DNA from: Octopus sinensis
Lineage: Eukaryota
DNA length: 64,000 nt
NCBI RefSeq assembly: GCF_006345805.1
Contig: NC_042999.1
Location: forward strand, 115,258,001 to 115,322,000
Reading direction: 5' to 3'
Every line of letters begins with the position of its first letter. Position 1 is the stretch's first letter. The notes beneath the pieces are model-generated. The model had not been told where the DNA came from. It searched no databases and worked only from the letters and a program-made list of their open reading frames with translations. This document shows positions 49,901-58,758 of the stretch, piece after piece. The position numbers and the translations under genes are program-made.

Positions 49901-51403
49901 ATCAATGTGAATGAATAAGCATTATATTTCACAGAATAATCTGAATGCTAAAAGATTAAACAGTCACTCCAAAAGTCATTAGTCATTCTTAAGGATGACT
50001 AGATGGTCCTCATCACTAGGATTGATGAACATGTGTATTGTATTATAAACTTAGATATGTTTCGACTAAAGTTTGTCCCAGGCCATGTCTAACTTAATAG
50101 CACCACCTGATTATATTAGTCATACTGAAGTAAAAAAGTATATTTTGAACAACTGTTGTGTGTATGTATGTGTGACTGAATGAGATAGATTTACACTAGC
50201 TTTATCTTGTATGTACATTGGTAGAAAATATATACGTATGTGTGTATATATATATATGTGTGTGTGTATATATATATATATATGTGTGTGTGTATATATA
50301 TATGTGTGTGTGTATATATATGTGTGTTTGTATATATATATATATATATATATATCATCATCATTTAACATCTGCTTTCCATGCTGGCATGGGTTGGACA
50401 GTTTGACTGAAAACTGATAAGCTGGGGAGCTGCACCAGGTTTCAATCTGATTTGGTAAGATTTCTACAGCTGGATGCCCTTCCTAATGCCAACCACTCCA
50501 AGAATGTAGTAGGTGCTCTTTACATGTCACTGGCATAGGTGCCATTGATGTGACACTGGTATCAGCCATGACTACAATCTCACTTGGCTTGATAGGTCTA
50601 CACAAGCATGGTATTGCCAAAGGTCTTGGTCACCTGTCACTGCCTCCATGAAGCCAAATGCTCGAAAGGTGCTTTTTATGTGCCATTGACACAGGTGCCA
50701 GTCAGACGGCACTGGCATCAGCCACAACTACGATTTCACTTGGCTTGACAAGCACAGCATATCGTCCAATGTTTGAAGGGTGCTTTTTATGTGTCAAATT
50801 ACGCTACACCAGTATTGGCTACAACTATGATCTCACTTGGCTTTACTGATCTTCTCAAGCACTGCATATCGCCAAAGCACTTGATCACTTGTCACTGTCT
50901 CCGTGGGGCCCACATTTGAAGATCATGCTTCACCATCTCATCCCATGTCTTCCTGGGTTTACCTCTTCCACAGTTGCCTCCACCATTAGAGTGCGCCACT
51001 TCTTAACACAGCTGTCCACGTCCATATGCATCACATGACCATACCAATGTAGTCATTTCTCTTGCACACCACATCTTATAATATAAACTATACTTCAGTG
51101 TGAATGGTGTTATTTTTTAAGTGAATCTGCATGTGTGTGCATGTTTTATTTATTTATCATAACTGATTTCTTGAATTGATTTGTATTTTCAGCCCCATGA
51201 TTGTAGCCAACCTTTGGGATGTTACTGATAAAGATATTGACCGCTTTCTACAGGCAATGCTGAAGAGTTGGATCTCTGTTGGGAATTGCAATGAGAAAAA
51301 GGATTGTGTAACGTTGACAAAAGCAGTAGTGAAAGCCAGAGACGCTTGCAGACTTACCTACCTCATTGGTTGTGCTCCAGTTGTTTATGGGTTGCCTTTA
51401 TGA
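1972..51403 (+). CDS. ESPL1: Separase/separin (peptidase C50), spliced gene model of 23 coding exons, about 2425 aa; 5' end incomplete
   Basis: Manually chained GT-AG exons have compatible phases. The C-terminal exons give separase hallmarks: [57 protein letters not shown] (catalytic His), LMGCSSG (catalytic Cys), [26 protein letters not shown]-stop. Confidence 0.96.
2280..3542 (+). mobile_element. 5'-truncated, degenerate RTE-clade LINE (ORF C-terminus, 3' UTR, (GAT)n tail)
   Basis: LREKL...[12 protein letters not shown]...KTW-type RTE C-terminus, then the common GTTGGCGTTAGGAAGGGCATCCAGC...GTTAAATGATGATGAT end. Confidence 0.7.
5680..6067 (-). mobile_element. Non-autonomous Helitron
   Basis: On the - strand it starts TC(TTTATATAT), ends in GC-rich CAACGCCGGGCG...CTAG, sits between A and T with no TSD, and has an internal ~95-bp tandem duplication. 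Confidence 0.8.
6375..7302 (+). CDS. ESPL1: Separase coding exon B (VDYVDYVLK...SLIKT), phase 0/1
   Basis: Polypyrimidine-ttag acceptor, AG|gtaagt donor, 928-nt open frame containing ORF 6426..7316. Confidence 0.88.
7536..7652 (+). CDS. ESPL1: Separase coding exon C ([12 protein letters not shown]...HLIFI), phase 1/1
   Basis: ttcttgttttgaag acceptor, AG|gtgagt donor, open frame. Confidence 0.82.
8337..8780 (-). mobile_element. RTE-type LINE 3' fragment with (GAT)n tail
   Basis: RMxEDSCVK...VEGTCGKxKPKKxW peptide (ORF 8622..8852) and the shared tail sequence. Confidence 0.7.
9093..9220 (+). CDS. ESPL1: Separase coding exon D ([12 protein letters not shown]...ENVEQ), phase 1/0
   Basis: cttttcatctag acceptor, CAG|gtaagt donor, open frame. 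Confidence 0.85.
10338..10519 (+). CDS. ESPL1: Separase coding exon E ([12 protein letters not shown]...WIRIKK...LTN), phase 0/2
   Basis: tttttttcag acceptor, AA|gtatgt donor, open frame. Confidence 0.85.
10545..11500. mobile_element. Nested RTE-derived fragments with an internal TGCCGGTGGCACGTAAAAAGCAC minisatellite
   Basis: Four motif copies at 10808-11003; RTE-type tail ending (GAT)n at about 11163. Related copies at 17010-17310, 34060-34295, 34928-35190 and 45040-45350. Confidence 0.65.
12813..12917 (+). CDS. ESPL1: Separase coding exon F (TLKTYVEE...[12 protein letters not shown]), phase 2/2
   Basis: tatttcttttag acceptor, AG|gtttgg donor, open frame. Confidence 0.82.
14444..14584 (+). 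CDS. ESPL1: Separase coding exon G ([10 protein letters not shown]...[10 protein letters not shown]...DG), phase 2/2; alternative in-frame start at 14453
   Basis: Two in-frame acceptors 9 nt apart, AA|gtaaga donor, open frame. Confidence 0.82.
14917..15134 (+). repeat. Copy 1 of a ~218-bp direct duplication (copy 2 at 18254-18471)
   Basis: Near-identical, collinear AT-rich sequence at a constant offset of 3337 nt. Confidence 0.92.
15865..16069. mobile_element. piggyBac-type MITE (TTAA|CCCTTT...AAAGGG|TTAA); relatives at 62215-62440 and ~43630-43816
   Basis: TTAA flanks, CCC/GGG termini, shared internal sequence between copies. Confidence 0.7.
16620..16758 (+). CDS. ESPL1: Separase coding exon H ([12 protein letters not shown]...EDFCQK), phase 2/0
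   Basis: cctttactcag acceptor, AAG|gttatt donor. Confidence 0.82.
18254..18471 (+). repeat. Copy 2 of the ~218-bp direct duplication
   Basis: Matches 14917-15134. Confidence 0.92.
18562..18804 (+). CDS. ESPL1: Separase coding exon I ([10 protein letters not shown]...YTLTLK), phase 0/0
   Basis: ttaactttcag acceptor, AAG|gtaaga donor. Confidence 0.87.
19150..19442. mobile_element. Fold-back MITE-like element
   Basis: TAGTCAGTCAAATTCCAACA / TGTTGGAATTTGATTGACTA termini and an internal AGACAGTTGTGCTTCA / TGAAGCACAACTGTCT inverted repeat. Confidence 0.75.
20376..20651 (+). CDS. ESPL1: Separase coding exon J (PLHSLRIL...LFLKQKQ), phase 0/0
   Basis: ttcttatttctag acceptor, CAG|gtatgg donor. Confidence 0.87.
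20918..22054 (+). mobile_element. Mariner transposon, defective (stops, frameshifts, internal deletion)
   Basis: ~30-bp TIRs (TTAGGGTGTTyrGAAAGTAATT..), TA duplications, and transposase remnants WVPHEL, TGNKKW (cf. TGDEKW), YELL, ILQHDN, HSPYSxxLAPxDF. Confidence 0.92.
22113..22398 (+). CDS. ESPL1: Separase coding exon K ([10 protein letters not shown]...[11 protein letters not shown]...FADI), phase 0/1
   Basis: ttctgctttcag acceptor, AG|gtatga donor. Confidence 0.87.
22978..23310. mobile_element. Tc1/pogo-type MITE
   Basis: Degenerate TIRs TACTGTATTTGATAGTCTACAAG / CTTATAGGCCATCAAATATGGTA with TA ends. Confidence 0.55.
23643..23844 (+). CDS. ESPL1: Separase coding exon L (...[13 protein letters not shown]...[16 protein letters not shown]...LPRW), phase 1/2; alternative in-frame start at 23670
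   Basis: atttctttacag acceptor (second cag 27 nt downstream), TG|gtaagt donor. The GxxxEAK..EG/ALKL helix resembles metazoan separases. Confidence 0.88.
24185..24870 (+). mobile_element. Highly decayed LINE (L2/CR1/Jockey group) reverse transcriptase fragment
   Basis: Remnants of LDxxKAxD and GVP...[14 protein letters not shown] across frameshifts. Confidence 0.6.
25443..26282 (+). mobile_element. Merlin (IS1016/IS1595-like) DNA transposon, defective and internally deleted
   Basis: ~55-bp TIRs starting GGTGCTAGTATAGTATGC and an 8-bp TSD with one mismatch (caatagac/gaatagac). ISXO2-type DDE remnants: IQINE..F...RKYNx[21 protein letters not shown], [16 protein letters not shown]. Confidence 0.9.
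26413..29057 (+). CDS. ESPL1: Separase giant exon M (2645 nt): insert 1 with STPLK and CxCxxC, helical segment, long K/S-rich insert 2; phase 2/1
   Basis: tttcctttgcag acceptor, A|gtgagt donor, contains ORF 26435..29107, phases match both neighbours. Confidence 0.92.
30539..30746 (+). CDS. ESPL1: Separase coding exon N ([13 protein letters not shown]...HFPPCSL...[11 protein letters not shown]...RKI), phase 1/2
   Basis: ccttctag acceptor, AG|gtaagt donor. H-x-PP and ES-x-x-x-T-x-RH pattern as in separases. Confidence 0.92.
31437..31597 (+). CDS. ESPL1: Separase coding exon O (RLLKDLSN...IEAIHP), phase 2/1
   Basis: atatttag acceptor, AG|gtttgt donor. Confidence 0.87.
31974..32377 (+). repeat. 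Two ~71-bp direct repeats (31974-32045 and 32307-32377)
   Basis: CAAACTGCyATGAAAATGG...TCAAATATGTyCCAAA...TTGAACTGATCTAAAAGTTT present twice. Confidence 0.8.
33373..33497 (+). CDS. ESPL1: Separase coding exon P (DLTVCQVSV...YLIVTRY...GTTQ), phase 1/0
   Basis: cttttttgtcag acceptor, CAG|gtgagt donor; first strands of the pseudo-protease domain. Confidence 0.92.
34478..34566 (+). repeat. 89-nt hairpin (40-bp stem, 9-nt loop)
   Basis: TCTCAGGTCATTTAGAATATTTAATTAGAGTAAGGTGAAT pairs with ATTCACCTTATTCTAATTAAATATTCTAAATGACTTGAGA, with two G-T positions. Confidence 0.9.
36792..37322. mobile_element. Non-autonomous hAT element
   Basis: TIRs CAGGGGTGGGGAAAC / GTTTCCCCACCCCCG and a perfect 8-bp TSD GTCTATGT (36784-36791, 37323-37330). 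Confidence 0.9.
37386..37502 (+). CDS. ESPL1: Separase coding exon Q (GKMVSKTF...[17 protein letters not shown]), phase 0/0
   Basis: ttgttgtag acceptor, GAG|gtaaga donor, WWxxRxxLD motif. Confidence 0.95.
38382..38549 (+). CDS. ESPL1: Separase coding exon R ([19 protein letters not shown]...ECIE), phase 0/0
   Basis: tatttccacag acceptor, GAG|gtctgt donor, ExxWLxxWKGxL motif. Confidence 0.94.
41012..41194 (+). CDS. ESPL1: Separase coding exon S (ILIDSGELL...[10 protein letters not shown]), phase 0/0
   Basis: tttgattgtag acceptor, AAG|gtaatt donor, LILDK motif. Confidence 0.94.
41655..42140. mobile_element. Inverted pair of related SINE copies
   Basis: 41655-41853 is roughly the reverse complement of 41886-42059 (TTGTGTTCTTGAGCAAAAC / GTTTTGCTCAAGAACACAA; TGATAGTCTGGTCA / TGACCAGACTATCA). 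Confidence 0.75.
42644..43007. repeat. 364-bp spacer-less palindrome (182-bp arms, centre 42825/42826)
   Basis: The arms are reverse complements with 6 mismatched pairs by manual count and no indels seen. Confidence 0.96.
43333..43550 (+). CDS. ESPL1: Separase coding exon T ([11 protein letters not shown]...VTRIPS...YYVLNP...WFQ), phase 0/2
   Basis: cctttgtag acceptor, AG|gtaaga donor, C50 motifs. Confidence 0.96.
45835..45918 (+). CDS. ESPL1: Separase coding exon U ([13 protein letters not shown]...KDVM), phase 2/2
   Basis: ttatttcag acceptor, AT|gtaagt donor, WxGxxGxxP motif. Confidence 0.95.
46310..47437 (+). mobile_element. 5'-truncated non-LTR retrotransposon with restriction-like endonuclease (R4/Dong-like)
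   Basis: ETEGFIIxAQDQ, CxxC...ETxxHIVSxC zinc knuckle, [13 protein letters not shown]...LLID...KLSKYKDL (PD..D endonuclease), PVVxGALG after a frameshift, stop at about 47234, TAA-rich tail. Confidence 0.88.
47488..47652 (+). CDS. ESPL1: Separase catalytic exon V (YCGHGSG...LMGCSSG...YYLAF), phase 2/2
   Basis: tttttccag acceptor, TG|gtaaat donor, His-Cys catalytic dyad motifs. Confidence 0.97.
47828..48097. mobile_element. Charlie/MER1-like hAT MITE, one end truncated
   Basis: CTGCAGTCACCAA..TTTTTG..GACTGGTTTCATGCAAGACAATTTTTCC..GGAC resembles a MER1-type terminus as I recall it, and is preceded by CTCTAGAG (nTCTAGAn target). Confidence 0.6.
48320..49070 (+). mobile_element. RTE-clade LINE reverse transcriptase fragment fused to the family 3' tail
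   Basis: [42 protein letters not shown]; junction at about 48897 to the (GAT)n-ending tail. Confidence 0.9.
49736..49955. mobile_element. piggyBac-type MITE family 2 (second copy at 54638-54852)
   Basis: TTAA flanks, CCCTTTAG/CTAAAGGG-type ends, and two copies sharing the internal sequence. Confidence 0.75.
50355..51075 (-). mobile_element. RTE LINE 3' fragment with (GAT)n tail
   Basis: The - strand reads [16 protein letters not shown]...[10 protein letters not shown], followed by the shared tail. Confidence 0.75.
51193..51403 (+). CDS. ESPL1: Separase terminal coding exon W ([18 protein letters not shown]...VYGLPL-stop)
   Basis: gtattttcag acceptor, NLWDVTDxDID and VYGLP motifs, TGA at 51401-51403. 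Confidence 0.97.
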
Positions 51404-53705
51404 AAAAAATATTTTACAGATTAGTATTAATTGTTAGTTAATATAGCAAAACCAAATGTAACATAAATCAGGGATTTCTTTTATAAGCATCTTAAATTTA
51501 TTTCTTGGGTTTTCTAGAAAATATAACTTCCCAAGTCAAGCATATAATATGTAATTTTTATTGAAAGATAGATATGAATTGATTTTGAAAAAGAAGACAT
51601 CTTAAAACTGCATATAAGCTTCCCTTCATTAAATTAAGAATAATTACAGTTGATTAAGTGTCTGAGAGCATCATTCTTATTTAATCTTATTTAATCAAAA
51701 TTAAAAGAATCTCAACAGATTTTTTAACAGGAATTATCACATGCCAGTATCACTGCCCTACTATGAAATAGTTTCAGTATTATTATTTTAGTATTTGTAA
51801 TATCATTTTGTAATAATCTAGGAAGTTTAGAATGAGAATTTTATATATTAGAATCTTTTCTTTCTTTTAAAACAAAACAAACAAAAAACAAATAGTGAAA
51901 CAGTATTTTAGGATCTTTCATATTTTGTGATGATATAAGTATTGAAATTTATTATCTTTTTTCAACAAATCAAAATTATAAAATATTTTTGTTCATTATT
52001 TTAGGTAAGTGTTAGAATTTCAGGCATTTTAAAATTAGAACCAGTTATTTCAAGATTAAAAACAGCAAGTTACTATGGTATTTGTAATTGTGAGTGAACA
52101 GATTTTAGTTCAAAATGAGATCTTGCCACTTCAAAGTGAGATTAAGGATTTCAAATGAGTCTTTATCATATCAAAGTGAGAATAGTGATTTCTAAGTGAG
52201 AATGACACATACAGAGTTATTAAATAGAAATATATCAAAATATTATTTGTAATATCAGCAATGTAAACTTGCCTGGTTGACTATAAGTTTACATCTGCCC
52301 AGCAATGAGGCAAAAACTCATATGATGGTAATACCTTCAAGTTTTCTTGAGGGGTGAGAACAATAACAACACCCAATGCTAATTCTCTAAGAATATTGCT
52401 TCAGTGAATGACTTTTGTAACATTTACAGGATTGTTCGATATTTCTTCATACAGAGAAAGTACTGTTATTGCATATTTTATACACGAGAAACATTCCTCT
52501 GTTGGATTAAGTGCAGGTCAATACACCAGTAGATATTCTAAACAACAATTACAAATATATTGAATATAAATGTTGAACCCATGGTGAAACAGTTGCATTA
52601 TTGAAAATATATTCCTGACCTTGAAAATGTTCAGCCAAATAGTGAAGAAAGTTTTCAAACTTAGCCATATGTGAGCATGAAATTCTGTGAACACCAGTCT
52701 CTCTTTACTTGACATGAGAGCAATTATATTGATATTTTTGTCTGCTTGTCCAGAGATAGTTCTGTGGGCCGGGCCCTTAAGATCAGTGGTGGTAGTGTGA
52801 AGGTTAAAGCTACATCATTCAGCTACAAAAATAAGTGATTTATTAAGAAGGTAAAACACTTGTCAAATACCACACTTGACAAATTCATGTCTGTCAGTGA
52901 TAAATAACATCATGTTGAATTCTATTGCTAAGTACTTGAACTAGCTTCTATGGTTTTTCCAATTCAACAAGTGATTTATGAGGCAAATCTCATCTCATGT
53001 CTTTATTTTCAGCAGGTGATCAATGATTTATTTTTTATTGCCTCATCATCCACCTTCATTTTGCATCTACTGCTTTTGGGTAACACCTCTTGTTTTTAGT
53101 CTTTATTTAGTCTAAAATTTTTGTTTGCAGTCTTTAAATTAATGCCTATAAATTGAGCAAGGTTCTTGAGGTTTAACCCACAACATTAAGTTGACTGTGA
53201 GCAGTACTAGATGCTGGTATCGCCTTTGTTTCGTATTCCCTTGGTGGCTCTTCTTGGGACATTGAAAAAACAAACACAAAACAGAAAACAACTTTAGAAT
53301 ATAAGTAGTTTATGTAAATTTGAGTTCTTCTTATACTCACATAAGATTATAAATACTGTTTTATTAAGAAGAAATTCAGATACTTTTTTGATATTGTAAC
53401 TGAGGAAATTGGTAAGATTTCTCTGTTACAATATCATTATCATCATTCTAATGTCTGTTAAAATGGTAATGATGTTGATAATATTGTATATTTGTAAAAA
53501 GTATGTATCTTCACATATCTGTCGAAGATTAAATACCTCACAATTGAGCAAGTGTTTCAGTACGTTGGTATTTTTTTCTGAAACTTGTACATTTAGTTGT
53601 AAGGTATTTAATCTAAAATATATAAATATATACTCTACATTATTATGCATTCAGTCTTATTTTGTTTTTAACTTTAGTCTTCTCAAAATTCTTTGGTGGA
53701 CTGTA

Positions 53706-53711
53706 AATAAA
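53706..53711 (+). promoter_or_regulatory. Candidate polyadenylation signal (AATAAA) of separase
   Basis: AATAAA followed by T-rich sequence at the end of a 2.3-kb stretch after the stop codon in which I see no interspersed repeats; repeats resume at about 53795. Confidence 0.35.
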
Positions 53712-54637
53712 TTATTTTTGTACATATGTAATTAAATTTTGCTAATACAATTTAAACCCATTTTACTTCTTTATTAATTTTCTTTTTGTTAATGATGGCT
53801 TAAGAAGCTTGTTTCTCAATAATATGGCTTCAGGTTCAGTCCCACTGCTTGGCACCTTAGGAAAGTGCCCCTCAGACTGACAAAAGCCTTGTGAGTAGAT
53901 CTGGTTGCATAGAGACTGAAAGAAGGCCATATGTGTGAGTGTGTGTCTCCTTGTCTTAATGTTGTTTGATAGTTGTAAATGAGTAACACCATCGTATAAG
54001 AGGTGTTATGCATTTCCAATTTTCCATGAAAACATGTCCAAACCTGAGGAAATATTTTGCTTGGAAACAGGTGAAGGTTGGCAAGCAAGAAGAGTATCTG
54101 GCCATAGAAAATCTATTTTTATGAATTTTATCTGATCCATGAAAGCATGGAAAAGTAGATGTTTTAAAAAAATGATAATTCTATAAACATTAACGGATCC
54201 AGAACCATCTGGTTAAGAAGCAAGCTTCTTATTTCTTTGTTACCCACAAGGGGCTAAACATAGAAGGGACAAACAAGGACAGACAAAGGGATTAAGTCGA
54301 TTACATTGACCCCAGTGCGTAACTGGTACTTAATTTATCGACCCTGAAAGGATGAAAGGCAAAGTCAACCTTGGTAGAATTTGAACTCAGAATGTAACGG
54401 CAGACGAAATACTGCTAAGCATTTTGCCCAGTGTGCTAACGTTTCTGCTAGGTCACCACCTTAAGAAGCAAGCTTCTTACCACACAGCCACACCTATGCC
54501 TATTATACATGTATATGTATACAATTACACACACACACACACACAGATAGATAGATACATAAACATAGGCTCAAAAACGAAAATCAGTTGCAGTTTATCA
54601 AGTTGCAGAATCAGTAAACCATTGTTTTCTATATTAA

Positions 54638-54852
54638 CCCTTTAATGTTTAAACCAGCCACATCCAGCCAAAATATTCTACCTGTTTTATGTTGAAACTA
54701 CCCAGATCTGACCTCTCCCATCTGCCCTATAATGTCATTCTAGAAATAATCACATCTTTTGAAATCTTGAAGCTAAAAAATAATGCATGGTTAATTCAAA
54801 ACAATGTGAACAAATAAGTATTACATTTGACTATAATCTGAATACTAAAGGG
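54638..54852. mobile_element. piggyBac-type MITE family 2
   Basis: TTAA|CCCTTTA...TAAAGGG|TTAA; similar to 49736-49955. Confidence 0.75.
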
Positions 54853-55520
54853 TTAAGGAAGCTTTAAATTGTCTTCATGTTTTAATTATCTTTTGTAAAC
54901 CCTTATTGGTAAATAAAGAAAGCATTATTATTATTATAATTATTATTAGTAGTAATTAGTAAGGTGGTGAGCTGGCATAATTGATAGCACACTGAGTGAA
55001 ATGCTTAGTGATATTTCGCCCATCACTTTATTCTGAGTTCAAATTACACCGAGGTCGGTTCTTGCCTTTCATCCTTTCAGAGTTGATAAAGTAAAGTACC
55101 AGTGAAACACTGGGTTTAATGCAATCGACTAGTCCCCTTCCCACAAATCTCAGGCCTTGTGCCTTTAGTATAATGGATTATTAGTAGTAATAATCCTTTC
55201 TACTATAAGCACAAGGCCTGAGATTTTGGGGGAGGGAGCCAGTCAATTACATTATTCCCAGTACTCAATTGGCACTTATTTCTCTAAATTTTACCTTGTA
55301 GCATAAATGGATGGAACTCAGTGCAATATTTTTACAGTGGTAAGCACACACATATGACAGGTTTCTGCACAGTTTCCCATTTCAAAATTTCACTCAAGAT
55401 ATTAATCAGCCCAAGGCTACTGTAGAAAGGAGAATACAGTATGCTACAGTGAAATAAAACCAAGAATCATATGGTTGCAGAGCTAACATTTTAGTCATAT
55501 GTATGTGGAGCCACACACAC

Positions 55521-55553
<33 letters not shown>

Positions 55554-55777
55554 TTATCTCTCTCTCTCTCTCTCTTTTTTTTTAGTATATTGCGAATGAC
55601 TTTGCTCTTTCAGTCAGGGCTTCATTGTCTATAAATACATTTATCTTTAAAGCAACATCTTTGTTGTTTTTAATATCTCGTGTGCCTTTTCTCTATTGCT
55701 GTGTATGTGAATATATATACAGCCTCTTTCTTAATATCTCGTGTCTTTTCTCTATTGCTGTGTATGTGATTATATAT

Positions 55778-58758
55778 AATAATAATAATAATAAACATTG
55801 TGTACAGTGCTCAGGTGCACTACAACTCATCGAAAGTGTATATATAATCAGGTGTAGTTTCGACGGATTTCGGAAAGCATGAGGGCCTTAAAGGATGCAG
55901 TGTCATGGCAGTCAACAACTGACGCAGGCAGTTTATTCCATGCTTCAGCAACTCTGAGTGTGAAGAAATGTTTCCGAAAGTCATGGGAGCTGTGTTGTTT
56001 TCTGACTTTGTGGGCATGTCCACGTGTGTTAGACACATGGAGATCAAAAAGGTGTTCAGTGTTGTTATTGGTGAGGTGGTTGACAACTTTGTGGGTGTTT
56101 AGCAAGTCCGTCGCCAGACGCCGGAGCTTCAGTGAATCCATGCCCAGGGAAACAAGGCGCTCAGAATATGGTAGGTGTCTGATGGAGGGTATGCGTTTGG
56201 TTGCACATCTCTGAACAGATTCCAGGAGGTCAATGTTCTGAGCAAGATAGGGGTTCCAAACTGATGATGCGAATTCCAAGTGTGGTCGTACCATAGCTGT
56301 ATACAGTTTTAAATAGATGGCTGGAGAGCGGCTAACAAAAGTCTTGCTGAGTGATGCCAAGACACCCTCGGCCTTCTTGACAATTTTAGAGATATGCTTT
56401 GTCCAACGCAAATCACTGCTGACAGTGATGCCTAGGTCACGCTCGCAAGAGGATTTCTTGATATCAGTGTTGTGGAGGGAGTATGTGGACGCAGGGTTTT
56501 TTCTCCCAAAATGCATGGTGGTACACTTGTCCACAGCCAGTTTCAGTTGCCAGTCTGTGATCCATTGCTGCATTGTGTCCAGGTCTGATTGCAGGAAAGA
56601 GCTGTAGACAACAGGATCTGTCCTCTTGATTTCAAGGTACAGCTTGATGTCGTCTGCATATTTTAATACTGTGGCATTCTTTAAATTTGCATCTATGTCA
56701 TTAATGTATGCCACAAACAAGAGGGGACCAAGGACAGATCCCTGTGGTACACCCGATGACATCTCATATGGTGTAGAATGCTGTCCTAGAACTGTGACTA
56801 CCTCCTTTCGGTTGAGAATGAAGGACTTCAACCAGTTAAAAAGGTCATCCCTCACACCCATTGCAGAGAGTTTCACCATAAGCCTTTTGTGTGGCACAGA
56901 GTTGAAAGCCTTAGCAAAGTCAAGGTAGACAACATCCACCCATGAGCCACTGTCAGTGATCTGAGTAATGTCCTCAAGGAACTCGACAAGCTGATCACTG
57001 CAGCTGGAGTTAGGGACAAATCCATACTGTGAGGGTCGGATGAGACTGTGTGAGCTCCAGAAGTTCCAAAGTGTTTCTCTGACATGATTCCATCAGTTTT
57101 GCAATACAGCTAGTGAGACTGACTGGGCGATAGTTGACAGGTGATGTGCGGTCGCCCTTCTTGAACAGAGGAATGACACTGGCAGTTTTCCACTGTTCCG
57201 GAGTAGCACCATTGTTGAGACAGTACTGGAAGAAAGTAGAGAGCTGGTGTAAAAGGAAGTACCTGCCACGTTTGAGAAGCAGGTATGTAACTCCATCAAG
57301 ACCAGGGGAGGCATAGTTGCGCTTATTTTGAAGGTGATGTCGCAGCATTGCAAGTGTAAATTCCATAGTTGTTATGGAATTTGCTGTTAGAGATGGCGAA
57401 GATGGCACATTTTGACTTTCAACAGTGAATATGTTTGCATAGCACTCGGCAATGAGTTCTGCGCATTCCTTGGGGTCGTCAGTGATCTGGTTTGTGTGAG
57501 GGTTGCGAAGAGGGCCCACTGGAGAGTGAGGTCTCTGCTTCGAATGCACATATTTCCAGAAAACCTTGCTGTCAGGATTGGCTGCTATGCACTGTTCAAA
57601 TTCAAGCACTGCTTTTTTTGTCACTTGCTTGAGATGGTTGGAAGATTTATTCCGCTTCTTCCTGTTGGTGTCTGATTTATGCAACTTGTAATCCCGTTCA
57701 GCAGTTCGACATTCCTTCCTGGCAAGTCGGACCGCTGAAGTTTCCCAGATTGCACTTTTGGGGCGGTTCTTCTTTTTCTGTTTACATGGCACTGATGCTG
57801 CACATGCTGCCCATATTGAGTCCAGGATACTCTGGAGTATAGTATTCACATCTCCAGAGTTGTAGAATTCACGCCAGTTTGGGTGCTGTAGTTCAGTGTG
57901 GTACAGGTTCCAATCTGCTCTCTTCCAATCGAAGGAAGCAGTTTGGAGATGGTTCAGGTTTTTGTTGCCCGCAAGAGCCAGATTGGCGATGATCATAGCA
58001 TGATCAGAGTCACCTAGAGGTTCCTCCATAGTGCAATTGATAACCGCTTCAGGAGTTGTGGTAAAGAGCAGGTCCAAGGTGTTGTCGCCTCTTGTTGGAG
58101 AGGTGACTACTTGTGACCAGTTTGAGTCCAGTATAAGCTCAACAAAATCGTTTGCACTCTGTGGCCAATGGAAGGTTTCCCAATTGATCTCACGATGATT
58201 GAAATCACCTGCAATGAAAACATAAGTGGCTATTTTCCTGGCAGCAGCTCGGAGGATATCGCAAAGCTGTGTGTCCCGATGGTAATTTGGGGGACGATAA
58301 ACAACACCAAGCAGGAGTGTTGACATGGTCATACGTACATCACAGAAAAAAACTTCTTCTTGTGATTCGTTCAAATCGGCACAAGGAATTACTGAAAAAT
58401 TTGAACGAACGTAGACCATCACACCACCACCACGGCGGTTAATGCGGTCCTTGCGGAAGAGGTTGTACCCAGTGATGTTGAAAACCCCATCACAGAGTAA
58501 GGAATGCGCCCATGTTTCCGTGACAGTGATGAAGTCAGGGTCAATACTTCCAACGTAGGCGTTGAACAAATGAATTTTGTTGCACAAACTGCGAGCATTT
58601 AAGGACAACAATTTGTACCCTGCTTGCAGTTTATGATGGTGTGTAGAGGATGGCAGGTTGTTCAGGTTTAGTTTCCCTGAGTTGCTGTAGTTTTTTTAGT
58701 TTTTTTTCAGTGTCAGTCATTGTGGGTAGAGAGCACTCAGACCAGCTGTTATCTCTCT
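55778..58758 (-). mobile_element. CR1/L2-group LINE, ~3 kb: complete APE endonuclease and RT ORF2 with one frameshift, (TAT)n tail
   Basis: SLNARSL, VTETW, GGGV, YRPP, GDFN, LDL, SDH (APE); YRPVSL, YLDFAKAF, GVPQGSVLGPLLF, YADD, RPHLEFASSVW, TRGH (CR1-type RT and C-terminus). ORFs 57010..58611 and 55848..56939. Confidence 0.95.

Noticed and set aside
52724-52822. Possible minus-strand terminal exon (LNDVALTFTLPPLILRARPTELSLDKQTKISI-stop) after a tttttgtag acceptor
   Set aside because: Short, no recognisable homology, and I found no linked upstream exons.
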